A stretch of DNA of 60,489 nucleotides from positions 1 through 60,489 of the forward strand of contig JAXIPA010000053.1 of assembly GCA_045403145.1 (NCBI GenBank). Reading direction: 5' to 3'. The notes under the pieces are model-generated. The model did no database searches, had not been told where the DNA came from, and worked only from the letters and a program-made list of their open reading frames with translations. This document shows positions 1-8,449 of this stretch, piece after piece. The translations under genes and the position numbers were made by a program. The stretch is from Nitrospirota bacterium (GTDB lineage Bacteria; Nitrospirota; UBA9217). Within the stretch, counting starts at the first letter, position 1. Each line of letters opens with the position of its first letter.

Positions 1-629
1 TTTAATTTTTTTCTGATCTCTCTTGCCGGGGCGCTGGTTGCATACACAGCTGCTCCAACGTCGAACAATTTTGATGTGCTCAAGCCTCCTACGACAACAG
101 GGTCAAGACCTGCACGCTCCACAAGCTCGCCGGCGGCTTTCAATCCCTCCTGATCGTCGCCGGCTATCGGAATTCCGATTTTTTCGCCTCCTTTATTGAC
201 GGTTTTTTTGAGGTCTTCAGACCAAACCGTATTGAACGCCCTTACTATTCTTGCGCCCGGCAGAAGGCGGGCCACGACGGCGCCCATGCCGCCCGGTTCT
301 TTTCTTGCCTCTTCTGCAATAGCCCCGTCTCTCTCAGGATAAGGATTTGACGTGTCGATTACGATCTTGCCCTTCAGGGCCTCCTTCGTTCCGGCGTCAA
401 GCTCAGGGATGGCCTTGAACGGAACCGACAGCACGATCACATCTCCAAATGCGATTGCTTCAGCAACGGTCCCGGCGCAGGCTTTGGGCCCTGCGGATTT
501 GACCAGTTTTTTGAGCGCTTCGGGATGTCTTGAACTATAGAGGATCTCGTATCCTGCCTTTGCGAGCAGAATTCCAAGAGTCCCGCCGATATTACCTGAG
601 CCGACTATGCCGATTCTATTTATCTTCAT
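1..629 (-). CDS. NAD(P)-binding oxidoreductase (NADPH-dependent F420 reductase NpdG / ProC-like), C-terminus off window
   Basis: Own minus-strand translation from ATG 629-627: MKINRIGIVGSGNIGGTLGILLAKAGYEIL...; GxGxxG Rossmann motif. I checked the frame for stops over positions 1-240. Edge-truncated, so absent from the ORF track. Confidence 0.6.
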   Translation of the reverse strand, partial: MKINRIGIVGSGNIGGTLGILLAKAGYEILYSSRHPEALKKLVKSAGPKACAGTVAEAIAFGDVIVLSVPFKAIPELDAGTKEALKGKIVIDTSNPYPERDGAIAEEARKEPGGMGAVVARLLPGARIVRAFNTVWSEDLKKTVNKGGEKIGIPIAGDDQEGLKAAGELVERAGLDPVVVGGLSTSKLFDVGAAVYATSAPAREIRKKL

Positions 630-753
630 GTCTTTATCTCCTTTTTGAACAAGCAGTGCCGTCGAAAGATTTCACCCCCCGATTCAAGCATTCGCGGGCA
701 CGCTCCGAGGCTGCGGAGAACGCCGGTGAAAGCTTTTATTCACGAACTTGATT

Positions 754-776
754 TTCTCTGCGTCCTCTGCGGTAAA
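754..776. repeat. Family C oligomer array arm (TTCTCTGCG TCCTCTGCG GTAAA)
   Basis: Same (NN)CTCTGCG 9-nt periodic array ending in GCGGTAAA as at 14511-14542 and 43095-43127. A degenerate related array lies at about 699-733. Confidence 0.5.
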
Positions 777-912
777 TAAGTTTTCAGGTTTTCATTAAAC
801 TTCCACGGCGGACGTTGTTGCACCCATTGCGCATCCCCTCCCTATCAAGGCCGGTGAGAATGAACTCCCCGGCCTTGTGCTTTCAGGCTTCCCCGGGAGA
901 CCGAAGGAACCG

Positions 913-1233
913 CTATCCACCAAGATATCCAGGGGAGAACTCTTCTTCGGTCTTATCAGCCGGACCGACCGATACGGTAGTGTCGCCATGCTCATTATAC
1001 TCCTCCGAGCCTTTCCAGTCATAGGAGCAGGAATGGGACATGATCTGCAGTTTCCAGTCGATCTGCTCCGCCAGTTCTGAAAGGTGCCGTTCATAGACTG
1101 CCAGCATCTTTTCATCGCCTGCGAAGTCACGGGTAAGATGGTCGCGCAATGCAACGATCTTGTCTTTCACATCGGAAAGCCCGGAATAGGTTTCGTCACA
1201 GATATTCTTCTTTGTCATTTTTACTGTTGCCAT
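913..1233 (-). CDS. hypothetical protein (106 aa)
   Basis: ORF 913..1287 trimmed to the ATG at 1233, which follows a GGAGG Shine-Dalgarno (minus strand GAAGGAGGTTAGTATG). No family recognised. Confidence 0.5.
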   Translation of the reverse strand: MATVKMTKKNICDETYSGLSDVKDKIVALRDHLTRDFAGDEKMLAVYERHLSELAEQIDWKLQIMSHSCSYDWKGSEEYNEHGDTTVSVGPADKTEEEFSPGYLGG

Positions 1234-1302
1234 ACTAACCTCCTTCATGCCGCACCTGTGGGCTGTGAAGCTTGGCCAGACCCACAAGACTCTTCATTCG
1301 CC

Positions 1303-1854
1303 CTATGCTGCCTTGCGAACGGCGGCTTCCTTCCGTGTAACCGTCATCTCCATCATCTTCTCTTCCTTACCTCCCTTGGGGGTAAGATACATTTCAAACT
1401 CCTGGGTGTTGTCATCCTTGATCCTGGTCACCGCGCGCCAGAGGCAGGGGCCTTTGACAGGGTCGTCATAGCTGCAATCCTGCGTAATAGTCTTGCCGTC
1501 CGCGCTTGCAGTCCCCTCGAAGTAATAGATGCCGGTGCTCATCGAATCGATCCAGACCGACACATATTTCTTTGTATGGTTATCGTACCCCAGGAAGTTG
1601 ATGCCCGTGAATGGCGCTCCCATCATATCGCCGGTATACTCCTGCCGCAGGTAACGGCCGCCAAGAATCAGCTTCTGTTCGCACGTGCCGATCGATTCCA
1701 TCGGCGGCTTGTCCGGTTCCATCCATCCCCTGGACTTGGTGGTCCAACTCCCCTCCAGTCTCGCCAGCAGTTTATGAGGTTCGCCCGGAGTTCCCGCCTT
1801 CTTGTATATTTCCATCATCGCCTGCATGTCCATTTTGCTTTCTTGCTTGGCCAT
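1303..1854 (-). CDS. DUF1579-like protein
   Basis: 183-aa ORF with AAGGAG 7 nt upstream of the ATG. Sequence (...LEGSWTTKSRGWMEPDKPPMES...LGGRYLRQEYTGDMMG...) resembles the DUF1579 family from memory. Confidence 0.6.
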   Translation of the reverse strand: MAKQESKMDMQAMMEIYKKAGTPGEPHKLLARLEGSWTTKSRGWMEPDKPPMESIGTCEQKLILGGRYLRQEYTGDMMGAPFTGINFLGYDNHTKKYVSVWIDSMSTGIYYFEGTASADGKTITQDCSYDDPVKGPCLWRAVTRIKDDNTQEFEMYLTPKGGKEEKMMEMTVTRKEAAVRKAA

Positions 1855-2067
1855 GGTAATTCTCCTTTTTAAGCAAACTGTGAAATACCCTCTAATGATT
1901 TAAGGAAAGCGCAACTTTATATTTATGTCAATATGATAAAAGTATTACGGGAGGCATTGGGGCCAGGTTGATTCGCGTCGGGCGGGATGCTATTGTACCC
2001 GTTGCGAAGCGTCTGAGCGATTAGATCGACCACATGATGGCGACAGTTCTTCTTCCAGTAGCCTGAA

Positions 2068-2096
2068 TTGACAATTTAGAATCCCGGATTTATATT
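2068..2096 (+). promoter_or_regulatory. sigma70-like promoter (TTGACA-17-TATATT)
   Basis: TTGACA 2068-2073, 17-nt spacer, TATATT 2091-2096. Lies upstream of the small ORF at 2136. Confidence 0.5.
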
Positions 2097-2135
2097 GAGC
2101 GAAAAGGAAATGGGCACCATGGGGGAGGTTTGGTT

Positions 2136-2300
2136 ATGGGAATGCACGATAGAGACTGGTACCGGGAAAAGCGAATCGACTGGGAGCGGGGAGGGTTAAA
2201 ACACAAAAATGCAAAAAGACACCGGTATCCCGGATACCTCTGGTGGGTCCTGACCGCGTTTCTCCTGATAGTTGCCGCTGCCCTGTTCCGTCTTTATTAA
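2136..2300 (+). CDS. small membrane protein (54 aa), unannotated in ORF track
   Basis: Own translation: MGMHDRDWYREKRIDWERGGLKHKNAKRHRYPGYLWWVLTAFLLIVAAALFRLY*. GGAGG at 2123-2127 is 8 nt upstream, a consensus promoter lies upstream, and there is a C-terminal TM helix. Confidence 0.45.
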   Translation: MGMHDRDWYREKRIDWERGGLKHKNAKRHRYPGYLWWVLTAFLLIVAAALFRLY

Positions 2301-2465
2301 TGCCCGACTCTTGCAGCTCAAACCACATCAGGGACCCATCGCGGTCAGGTCTACGTTCATTTCATATTAAAAAAATGGCGAACAAAATAGTAGCAAATAG
2401 CAATTACGTAGACCGAACAGCGGCGACCTTTCATAAAATCGACGCAGCCAGCCGGCCTGAGTCGC

Positions 2466-2756
2466 TTACTTGAACTTATCCCGCGCGGCGTCGATCGCGT
2501 GCTTCAGGTCCTTGGAGGCTGCTTCAACACCCGTTTTCAGGGCGTCCCAGGCATCGCCGCTCGTTTCCCCGAGCTCATGAAGCTTATGAGACAGCGCGTC
2601 GCGTTTCTTCTTCGTATCTTTGATGAGGGTCTCATAGCCGGCCTTCACTGCCGACGAGGTCTTGGTCACGCGGGACTCCAGCTCGTCTATCCCGGACGAC
2701 CACTCCTTGAGCTGCTTCGCCATCTTGTCGATATACTCTTCTTTTTTCGTTTTCAT
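2466..2756 (-). CDS. small coiled-coil protein (96 aa), hypothetical
   Basis: ORF 2466..2894 trimmed to the ATG at 2756, preceded by GGGGGAGG (MKTKKEEYIDKMAKQLKEW...). Heptad-rich charged sequence. Confidence 0.55.
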   Translation of the reverse strand: MKTKKEEYIDKMAKQLKEWSSGIDELESRVTKTSSAVKAGYETLIKDTKKKRDALSHKLHELGETSGDAWDALKTGVEAASKDLKHAIDAARDKFK

Positions 2757-2940
2757 GCCAACCTCCCCCTCTTGCTTCTGTCTGGATTGCCCGGGTCCCG
2801 GCGAGGACCCGGCAACGGACAAATCATATTCTGGTAAGAGTATAGCACGATCGATTATCGTGCGTCGTGGGTGGACGGGTCTCAACCGGACCACCGGGAA
2901 CAGGGAAGGGCCTCTCTTTGCAACTCACCTCAATTATCCC

Positions 2941-2968
2941 TTGTCATTATAACGCTATGTGTTATAAT
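2941..2968 (+). promoter_or_regulatory. higBA promoter with overlapping palindromic operator
   Basis: TTGTCA 2941-2946, 16-nt spacer, TATAAT 2963-2968. Inverted repeat TTATAAC (2947-2953) N7 GTTATAA (2961-2967) overlaps the -10. The higB ATG lies 7 nt after the -10. Confidence 0.55.
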
Positions 2969-2975
2969 GTGCCTC

Positions 2976-3257
2976 ATGATCGTTGGTTTCACAGACAGGG
3001 AAACGGAACGCCTGTATATTACGGGAAAGAGCAAACGATTTCCAGCGAACATCTTTAAGGTGTCATTGCGAAAGCTCGATTATCTGAACAGGGCCAAAGT
3101 GTTGCAGGACCTGCAGGCGCCGCCGGGCAATCACCTGGAAGCCTTAAAGGGAGATTTGAAAGGGAAATACAGCATCCGGATCAATTACCAGTTCCGGATC
3201 GTATTTCGATTCAGCAATGGCGATGCATCGGAAGTTGAAGTGACTGATTACCACTAA
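2976..3257 (+). CDS. higB: type II toxin HigB (RelE/ParE superfamily, plasmid maintenance system killer)
   Basis: MIVGFTDRETERLY...LEALKGDLKGKYSIRINYQFRIVFRFSNGDASEVEVTDYH matches the HigB/PF05015 pattern. Start chosen at ATG 2976, in frame with ORF 2871..3257. Followed by higA. Confidence 0.85.
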   Translation: MIVGFTDRETERLYITGKSKRFPANIFKVSLRKLDYLNRAKVLQDLQAPPGNHLEALKGDLKGKYSIRINYQFRIVFRFSNGDASEVEVTDYH

Positions 3258-3269
3258 GGAGAAATCACG

Positions 3270-3584
3270 ATGGCCAGGTATGAACTCAAAAGAAATCCCA
3301 CTCATCCCGGGGAGATCCTGAAACAGGACTTTCTCGTGCCGCTCGGGCTCACCCAGGTTCAGCTTGCCAAGGCGCTCAAGACTTCCTTTCGTACGATTAA
3401 TGAGATCCTGAACGAGAAGCGGAGCATCAGCCCGGACATGGCGCTTCGCCTTGCCCGTTATTTCGGGACATCACCCGATGTCTGGATCGGTCTTCAGGCG
3501 GATTACGACCTCTACTGGGCAAGGATGAAGTCGAAGAAGACAATCGACGAGATCAAACCCTTGCAGAGTAAACGGGCCGCCTAA
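3270..3584 (+). CDS. higA: antitoxin HigA (XRE-family HTH)
   Basis: 104 aa: ...HPGEILKQDFLVPLGLTQVQLAKALKTSFRTINEILNEKRSISPDMALRLARYFGTSPDVWIGLQADYDL is a typical HigA HTH. GGAG upstream; toxin-first gene order. Confidence 0.9.
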   Translation: MARYELKRNPTHPGEILKQDFLVPLGLTQVQLAKALKTSFRTINEILNEKRSISPDMALRLARYFGTSPDVWIGLQADYDLYWARMKSKKTIDEIKPLQSKRAA

Positions 3585-3807
3585 TTGCACCAACCCCCTC
3601 AGAGTTCACCTCTCCTTTTTTCAGAAGGACATTGCCCGGAGCCTCAGCCCGCTTCATGTTGGACGTGAGAGCGCAGACGACAACGGTGCCGAGGCCTCCC
3701 TGCTGATCGTCACGACTGCTCCCTGCGCAGGGTTCTGCCATACCGCTTCCTGGCCTTTTGCCGGACCTCGTAGTCCACCGCTGTCTCCACTGTACAATAT
3801 GCTTCAT
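3553..3807 (-). pseudogene. truncated MazF/PemK-family toxin remnant
   Basis: Residues 1-66 align position for position with the intact MazF at 27032 (...GLGTVVVCALTSNMKRAEAPGNVLLKKGE vs ...STIVCPITTKVHPEAAILRIHLKKGE). Homology stops at about 3610, about 45 C-terminal residues are missing, and the tail overlaps the 3' end of higA. Confidence 0.45.
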
Positions 3808-3955
3808 TCAGGGCCTTCAGCGAATCACCGGACTTGCGGCGTTCGAGGTATTCTCTGACAGCGGTAACAATAACCTCGCTCCGGGAGGACTGACGTTCCC
3901 TGGCAACCTTTTCAACCTCGCGAAATACGTCGTCCGGTACTGAAACTGAGATCAG
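3710..3955 (-). pseudogene. ribbon-helix-helix (CopG/MazE-like) antitoxin lacking a canonical start codon
   Basis: Own translation: (L)ISVSVPDDVFREVEKVARERQSSRSEVIVTAVREYLERRKSGDSLKALNEAY...*. The only start-like codon is CTG at 3955-3953, overlapping the upstream TGA as CTGA. Not in the ORF track (no Met). Confidence 0.45.
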
Positions 3956-4443
3956 TCCGACGTTTTGACCGGCATCCCTCCGCCGATGCCAAACTGTTCG
4001 ATGACCGCCAGGTTGGCAACACTATGCATTGAAAATTCCTCGATATATCGCTGCCGGATGGGCCCTTCCACAGCCTGACGAGCGGCGTCGCTCATTGCGC
4101 TCAGGCGGTCAGTCCCGCCCGCGATCTTTTCGGCGTCCCGCGCTGTTAACCGGGAGATCAACTCATCCCAGAAGAGGTGGTCTCCATACTCATCGATCAC
4201 CTTATGGGCAAGGCTGCTTTGTTCAAAATCAGCGGTCGTGACATACTTATGCACGCTCTCGTTATGGCTGATCAGCCGGTCAAGGCCTTTTCCCTGTGCG
4301 AGGGCATAGAGCTTCTGGATGAGCGCCCGATGCCGCCCGGTGCGTTTGTCCTCTTCTCTCCGGTGACCGGACATGACCACGTCGGCAATGTGCAGGATGT
4401 CCAGCAGGTCGCGGTATTCATTTGTCGTGAGCTCGATGTTCAT
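3952..4443 (-). CDS. hypothetical helical protein (163 aa)
   Basis: Complete ORF with an AAAGG SD-like element upstream. Protein-like composition; no family recognised. Confidence 0.55.
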   Translation of the reverse strand: MNIELTTNEYRDLLDILHIADVVMSGHRREEDKRTGRHRALIQKLYALAQGKGLDRLISHNESVHKYVTTADFEQSSLAHKVIDEYGDHLFWDELISRLTARDAEKIAGGTDRLSAMSDAARQAVEGPIRQRYIEEFSMHSVANLAVIEQFGIGGGMPVKTSD

Positions 4444-4552
4444 AGTTTTTGCCTTTCGTCCCGATCAGGAATTGAAGAAGCCGGATCGATTTTTCATTCG
4501 TTCCATTAGTCAGTTAAGAATCAAATTTTTGCTGCAATGGAAACAAAATTCA

Positions 4553-4652
4553 GCCACGAAGGCTCTAAGACACAAAGAAAACATGAAAATTTGTGGAATA
4601 GGCACATGCGTTCTTTTTAACGATTTTCTTCGTGCCTTTGCGTCTTTGTGGC
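4553..4652. repeat. Family D oligomer-array inverted repeat (CTTTGYG / CRCAAAG arms)
   Basis: Arm GCCACGAAGGCTCTAAGACACAAAGAAAA (4553-4581) pairs with the reverse complement of TTTTCTTCGTGCCTTTGCGTCTTTGTGGC (4624-4652), with several mismatches and wobbles. Lies 25 nt downstream of the uvrA-like stop. Confidence 0.5.
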
Positions 4653-4676
4653 ATATTTGGTTCCGGTTTGTCCGGG

Positions 4677-7430
4677 TTAGGTAACTTCCAAATACTCCCT
4701 GAGATATCTCCCGGTATGTGATGCTTCGACTTTTGCCACTTCTTCCGGCGTGCCCTGCGCAACGATCCGGCCGCCCTCTCCCCCGCCTTCGGGTCCCAGG
4801 TCGATGACCCAGTCCGCGGTCTTGATAACGTCGAGGTTGTGCTCCACGACGATCACGGTGTTCCCCGCGTCCACGAGCGCATTCAGCACGCCAAGCAATC
4901 TCTTGACATCGTCCATGTGGAGGCCGGTCGTCGGCTCGTCGAGGATGTACACCCTGTCGTACAATTTCCAGTCGCCCAGCTCATGGGATATCTTGAGCCG
5001 CTGGCTTTCCCCGCCGGAAAGCGTCGTTGCCGGCTGTCCGAGCCTGAGATATCCGAGCCCGACCTCCGCGAGCGAACGGAGCCTGTTCTGGATCGGCGTA
5101 TGTCCCTCGAAGAACATGATGGCCTCGCTCACCGTCATCCGGAGCACGTCGGAGATATTTCTTCCCTTGTAGAGGACCTGAAGGACCTCAGGTTTGTAGC
5201 GCCTGCCCTTGCACTCCCCGCAGGTGACGTACATGTCTTCGAAAAAGTACATCTCGATCTTCTGCACGCCGGCCCCATCGCACGCAGCGCACCTGCCGCC
5301 CGCAACGTTGAAGGAAAAGTGGCCGGGACCGAACTTTTTCCGTTTCGCATCCGGCAGGCCCGCAAAAGTCTTCCGGATCAGGTCGAAGGCCTTCACATAG
5401 GTGACTGGATTGGAGCGCGGCGTCTTGCCGATCGGCTCCTGGTCGATGAGCCTGACGCCTTTTATATGTTTGAGCCCCAGGAGCTGACCGTATTTTCCCG
5501 GTGTTTCAGACCCGACGGCGAACTCGCGCGCGAGGGCCCGATACAGCGTGTCCTGGACGAGCGTGGACTTGCCCGAGCCCGAGACGCCGGTGATGCAGGT
5601 CAGGGTCCGGAGCGGAATGCTCACGTCGATCCCTTTAAGATTATTCTCCGAAGCCGACCGGATTTCCAGGAATTTTCGCTCCTGCTTCCGTCGCCTGACC
5701 GGGACCGGGATCGTCTCTTCGCCCGAGAGATACTTTGCCGTGAGACACGAACTCTTCAGAAAATCCTGCTTCGGTCCCGCGAACACGACGCGGCCTCCCC
5801 GCTCGCCTGCTCCCGGTCCCATCTCGACTACATGATCAGCGGACCGGATGAGCGACTGATCGTGCTCGACCATGAGCACGGTGTTGTCCGCAGCGGCCAG
5901 TTCCCGGATGATCTCCGCAAGCCGGTCCGTGTCGCGCGGGTGCAGCCCTATGCTCGGCTCGTCGAGCACATACAGCGTACCGGTCAGCTTAAGCGCAAGC
6001 TGGTTTGAGAGATTCACGCGCTGGGCCTCGCCCCCTGAAAGCGTCCGCGTCTGCCGGTCGATCGTGAGATAGCCCAGTCCCACGCGAAGAAAGAACGCAA
6101 GTTTCATCTGTAGCTGCCTGAGAATCTCGCTTGCCGTCTGGCTCTCGAACTCGCTTAAGCGTAGATCGTGGAACCATTTCGCAAGCTCCGCAACCGGCAT
6201 GGCTGATACCCCGGAGATGTCCAGTCCGCCCACCTTTACGATGAGCGCCTCGGGCTTGAGTCTTGTCCCCCTGCAAACCGGACAAGTCGCTACTTTGCGG
6301 TACCTGGAGAGGAACACGCGCACATGGAGTTTGTATCGCTTCCCCTGGAGATGCTCGAAGAAATCGTCGATCCCGGAGAAGTCTTTGGTACCCTTGAACA
6401 GCATGTCCCGCTGGGCCTTCGGGAGTTCCCGGTACGGGATGTCGATGCTGATCCGCGCTTTCTTCGCGCCCGGGAGCATCTGGCGCATCCACCATTTATT
6501 AGACGGCTTAGTCCAGGGCTCGATCGCGCCTTCCTTGAGGCTCAAATATTTGTCCGGGACGATCAGGTCCTCGTCATAGCGCAGGATGTTGCCGAAGCCG
6601 TTGCACTCCTTGCAGGCGCCGATGGGATGGTTGAAGGAAAATAGAACTGGCTGCGGAGGTTCGAAGAGCATGCCGCAGGAGGTGCACTTGAGCGCCTGGC
6701 TGAAGACCATTGTCTTTTCCCCCAAAACCTCAACAATGGCCTCTCCCTTGCCCTCCCGGAGGGCGGTCTCCAGGTCCTCGACCAACCGTGCCCGGGAACC
6801 GGGACTGACGGCGAGACGGTCCAGCAGCACAAGAAGTTCGGTCAGATCACTTCCGGACGGATCGATTGCAGAAGTCTCGACGATCTCCTCTCCCAGCTTG
6901 ATCCTGCCAAAGCCCCTGCTCTGGAGTTCCATCAGGAGCGCCCCCGGCCCTGCTTCAGGAACGGGAACCCGGAACAGAATGTAGATCCTTTTTCCAGGAT
7001 AGCGACGCAGAAGCTCATCGGCGATCGAGGAGGGATGCGAGCGTTTTACCTCCTTCCCGCATTTCGGGCATACGATTTTCCCGATCTTGGCAAACAGCAG
7101 CCGAAGATAGTCGTATATCTCGGACACGGTCCCGACCGTCGAGCGCGATGTCCTGACCGGGTTTCGCTGTTCCAGCGCGATGGCGGGCCGCACGTTCCTG
7201 AGTTCGTCCACGTCCGGGCGATCGAGCTTTTCGATGAACATCCGCGCGTACGCGGACAGGGACTCGATGTACCGCCACTGCCCCTCGGCGAAGACCGTGT
7301 CAAAGGCCAGGGACGACTTGCCAGAGCCGGACAGGCCGGTGACCACCGTTACGGCATCGTGCGGAATCCTCACGCTCACATTCTTGAGGTTATTCTGCCG
7401 CGCACCCTCTATGATAAGTTCGGACTTCAT
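4677..7430 (-). CDS. uvrA: UvrA-family excinuclease ABC subunit A (possibly a paralogue class)
   Basis: 917 aa: [51 protein letters not shown]...ESLSAYAR. Two ABC ATPase modules, Zn-finger CxxC pairs and LSGGE signatures. Confidence 0.9.
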   Translation of the reverse strand: MKSELIIEGARQNNLKNVSVRIPHDAVTVVTGLSGSGKSSLAFDTVFAEGQWRYIESLSAYARMFIEKLDRPDVDELRNVRPAIALEQRNPVRTSRSTVGTVSEIYDYLRLLFAKIGKIVCPKCGKEVKRSHPSSIADELLRRYPGKRIYILFRVPVPEAGPGALLMELQSRGFGRIKLGEEIVETSAIDPSGSDLTELLVLLDRLAVSPGSRARLVEDLETALREGKGEAIVEVLGEKTMVFSQALKCTSCGMLFEPPQPVLFSFNHPIGACKECNGFGNILRYDEDLIVPDKYLSLKEGAIEPWTKPSNKWWMRQMLPGAKKARISIDIPYRELPKAQRDMLFKGTKDFSGIDDFFEHLQGKRYKLHVRVFLSRYRKVATCPVCRGTRLKPEALIVKVGGLDISGVSAMPVAELAKWFHDLRLSEFESQTASEILRQLQMKLAFFLRVGLGYLTIDRQTRTLSGGEAQRVNLSNQLALKLTGTLYVLDEPSIGLHPRDTDRLAEIIRELAAADNTVLMVEHDQSLIRSADHVVEMGPGAGERGGRVVFAGPKQDFLKSSCLTAKYLSGEETIPVPVRRRKQERKFLEIRSASENNLKGIDVSIPLRTLTCITGVSGSGKSTLVQDTLYRALAREFAVGSETPGKYGQLLGLKHIKGVRLIDQEPIGKTPRSNPVTYVKAFDLIRKTFAGLPDAKRKKFGPGHFSFNVAGGRCAACDGAGVQKIEMYFFEDMYVTCGECKGRRYKPEVLQVLYKGRNISDVLRMTVSEAIMFFEGHTPIQNRLRSLAEVGLGYLRLGQPATTLSGGESQRLKISHELGDWKLYDRVYILDEPTTGLHMDDVKRLLGVLNALVDAGNTVIVVEHNLDVIKTADWVIDLGPEGGGEGGRIVAQGTPEEVAKVEASHTGRYLREYLEVT

Positions 7431-7436
7431 GGGTAA

Positions 7437-7464
7437 ATTCTATCATGGTAACAGGACAGGTAAA
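7437..7464 (-). promoter_or_regulatory. promoter of uvrA-like gene, -10 placed 6 nt from ATG (leaderless geometry)
   Basis: Minus strand: TTTACC (7464-7459), 16 nt, TAGAAT (7442-7437), TTACCC, then ATG (7430). No SD. Confidence 0.4.
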
Positions 7465-7509
7465 AAATCACCGTAGATTTACTCCTTCGCGGACAAGGTT
7501 TCTCATAAT

Positions 7510-7545
7510 AATAAAAGGGGCTGAAGGAATCCGTCCTCCAGCCCC
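7510..7545 (-). terminator. Rho-independent terminator of the small basic protein gene
   Basis: Minus strand: GGGGCTG (7545-7539), 15-nt loop, CAGCCCC (7523-7517), followed by TTTTATT. Confidence 0.55.
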
Positions 7546-7582
7546 TTGGTGTAGGCTCGCGTTATCGGCTCACCCGGACATG

Positions 7583-7789
7583 TTATGCGGCTCTCCTGAA
7601 CACTTTCTTGATTGACTCTTTCGATTTTTTCTGGAGTGCCGTCAACTGCTTCACGCCCTGCCGGCTTATCTGCCCGGTCTTCTTTTTGGCGGCCAATGCG
7701 CTTTTCTTCACGGCCCCTACACCCTGTTTGATCCCTTTCTGAAGACCGGATGTGATCTTGTCAATCTTGAAGGTTTCCTTGTACTTCAT
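7583..7789 (-). CDS. small lysine-rich basic protein (68 aa), hypothetical
   Basis: ORF 7583..7816 trimmed to the ATG at 7789, preceded by GGAGG with a 7-nt spacer (MKYKETFKIDKITSGLQKGIKQG...). Confidence 0.5.
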   Translation of the reverse strand: MKYKETFKIDKITSGLQKGIKQGVGAVKKSALAAKKKTGQISRQGVKQLTALQKKSKESIKKVFRRAA

Positions 7790-8093
7790 GTCGATACCTC
7801 CGTACAGGATGTTCAAGACATCCCGGAATGGTCAGCGTTTGGCTTGCTATATGTTAAACTTACCTCCGTTGTTTACAATTGGCAACTGAAAATTTTCGGA
7901 TCAGGCTTGCACATTGCAAAAATAAGAAAAAAGTTTACTAAAAAAATAGCAAAAGAGTCCCCCTGCGCATCGCGAAGCCATACAATACTTCAATTCTCGA
8001 TTTTTTTCTATTAGAGAGGTAAATTTATTTTTAGATGATTACAGGCACAACCATAATGAAAAAATGACGACACTGTGCGTGCTGGTGTTGTAA

Positions 8094-8149
8094 GCGAAGG
8101 CGCATCTCTCCGCGGAGGGTAATGCGCCCTTCGCGGGGGGTGGTTTTTC
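8094..8149 (+). terminator. orphan long hairpin plus T-run (terminator-like)
   Basis: GCGAAGGCGCATCTCTCCG / CGGAGGGTAATGCGCCCTTCGC imperfect hairpin (stem roughly 14-19 bp with mismatches and a 1-nt bulge) at 8094-8134, then GGGGGGTGGTTTTT. No annotated gene upstream on this strand. Confidence 0.3.
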
Positions 8150-8259
8150 CAGCGCGCTGCGGCGGAAGTTGTTGCGCCGAGGCGTTACAAAATTAAAGCA
8201 TATTGGCGGTGGAGAAAGAAGCGTTGGTATATTTTATCAATTGATGTAGAATAAATAAT

Positions 8260-8431
8260 GATGGTTGCGTAAAAAGTCGTCATTCCCGCTTGTCGGGAAT
8301 CGTAGTGCCGTATAATACACTGAAAAAAAAGGATTCCGGACACTCTGCACTACGCTTCGCTCGTAACCGCTGGGTGCAGGCAAGCCGGAATGACACAGTA
8401 GAGGCTGTATCCGACTCTTTACGAGTTCATC
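8260..8431 (+). mobile_element. MITE-like element, long form (172 bp), copy 1
   Basis: TIRs GATGGTTGCGTAAAAAG and CTCTTTACGAGTTCATC. Internal hairpins GTCATTCCCGCTTGTCGGGAATCG and GGATTCCGGA[40-nt insert]CAAGCCGGAATGAC. Confidence 0.7.
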
Positions 8432-8449
8432 AAGAATGAGGAAAAGAAA

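Noticed and set aside
1084-1872. Long ORFs antisense to well-supported genes. Examples: 1084..1872+, 4839..6008+, 15137..16096+, 28856..30079-, 31531..32679-, 33792..34574-, 35125..36540-, 37999..39027-, 51969..53558-, 56176..57795-, 57969..59141-.
   Set aside because: Each lies opposite a gene with clear family motifs. Their translations are Arg/Gly/Pro/Ala-rich with no motifs, which is typical of shadow ORFs in GC-rich DNA.
3553-3584. A genuine functional overlap between the higA 3' end and the minus-strand 84-aa ORF.
   Set aside because: The overlapping part of the 84-aa ORF lies beyond the point where MazF homology ends. It is most simply read-through into foreign sequence after truncation.
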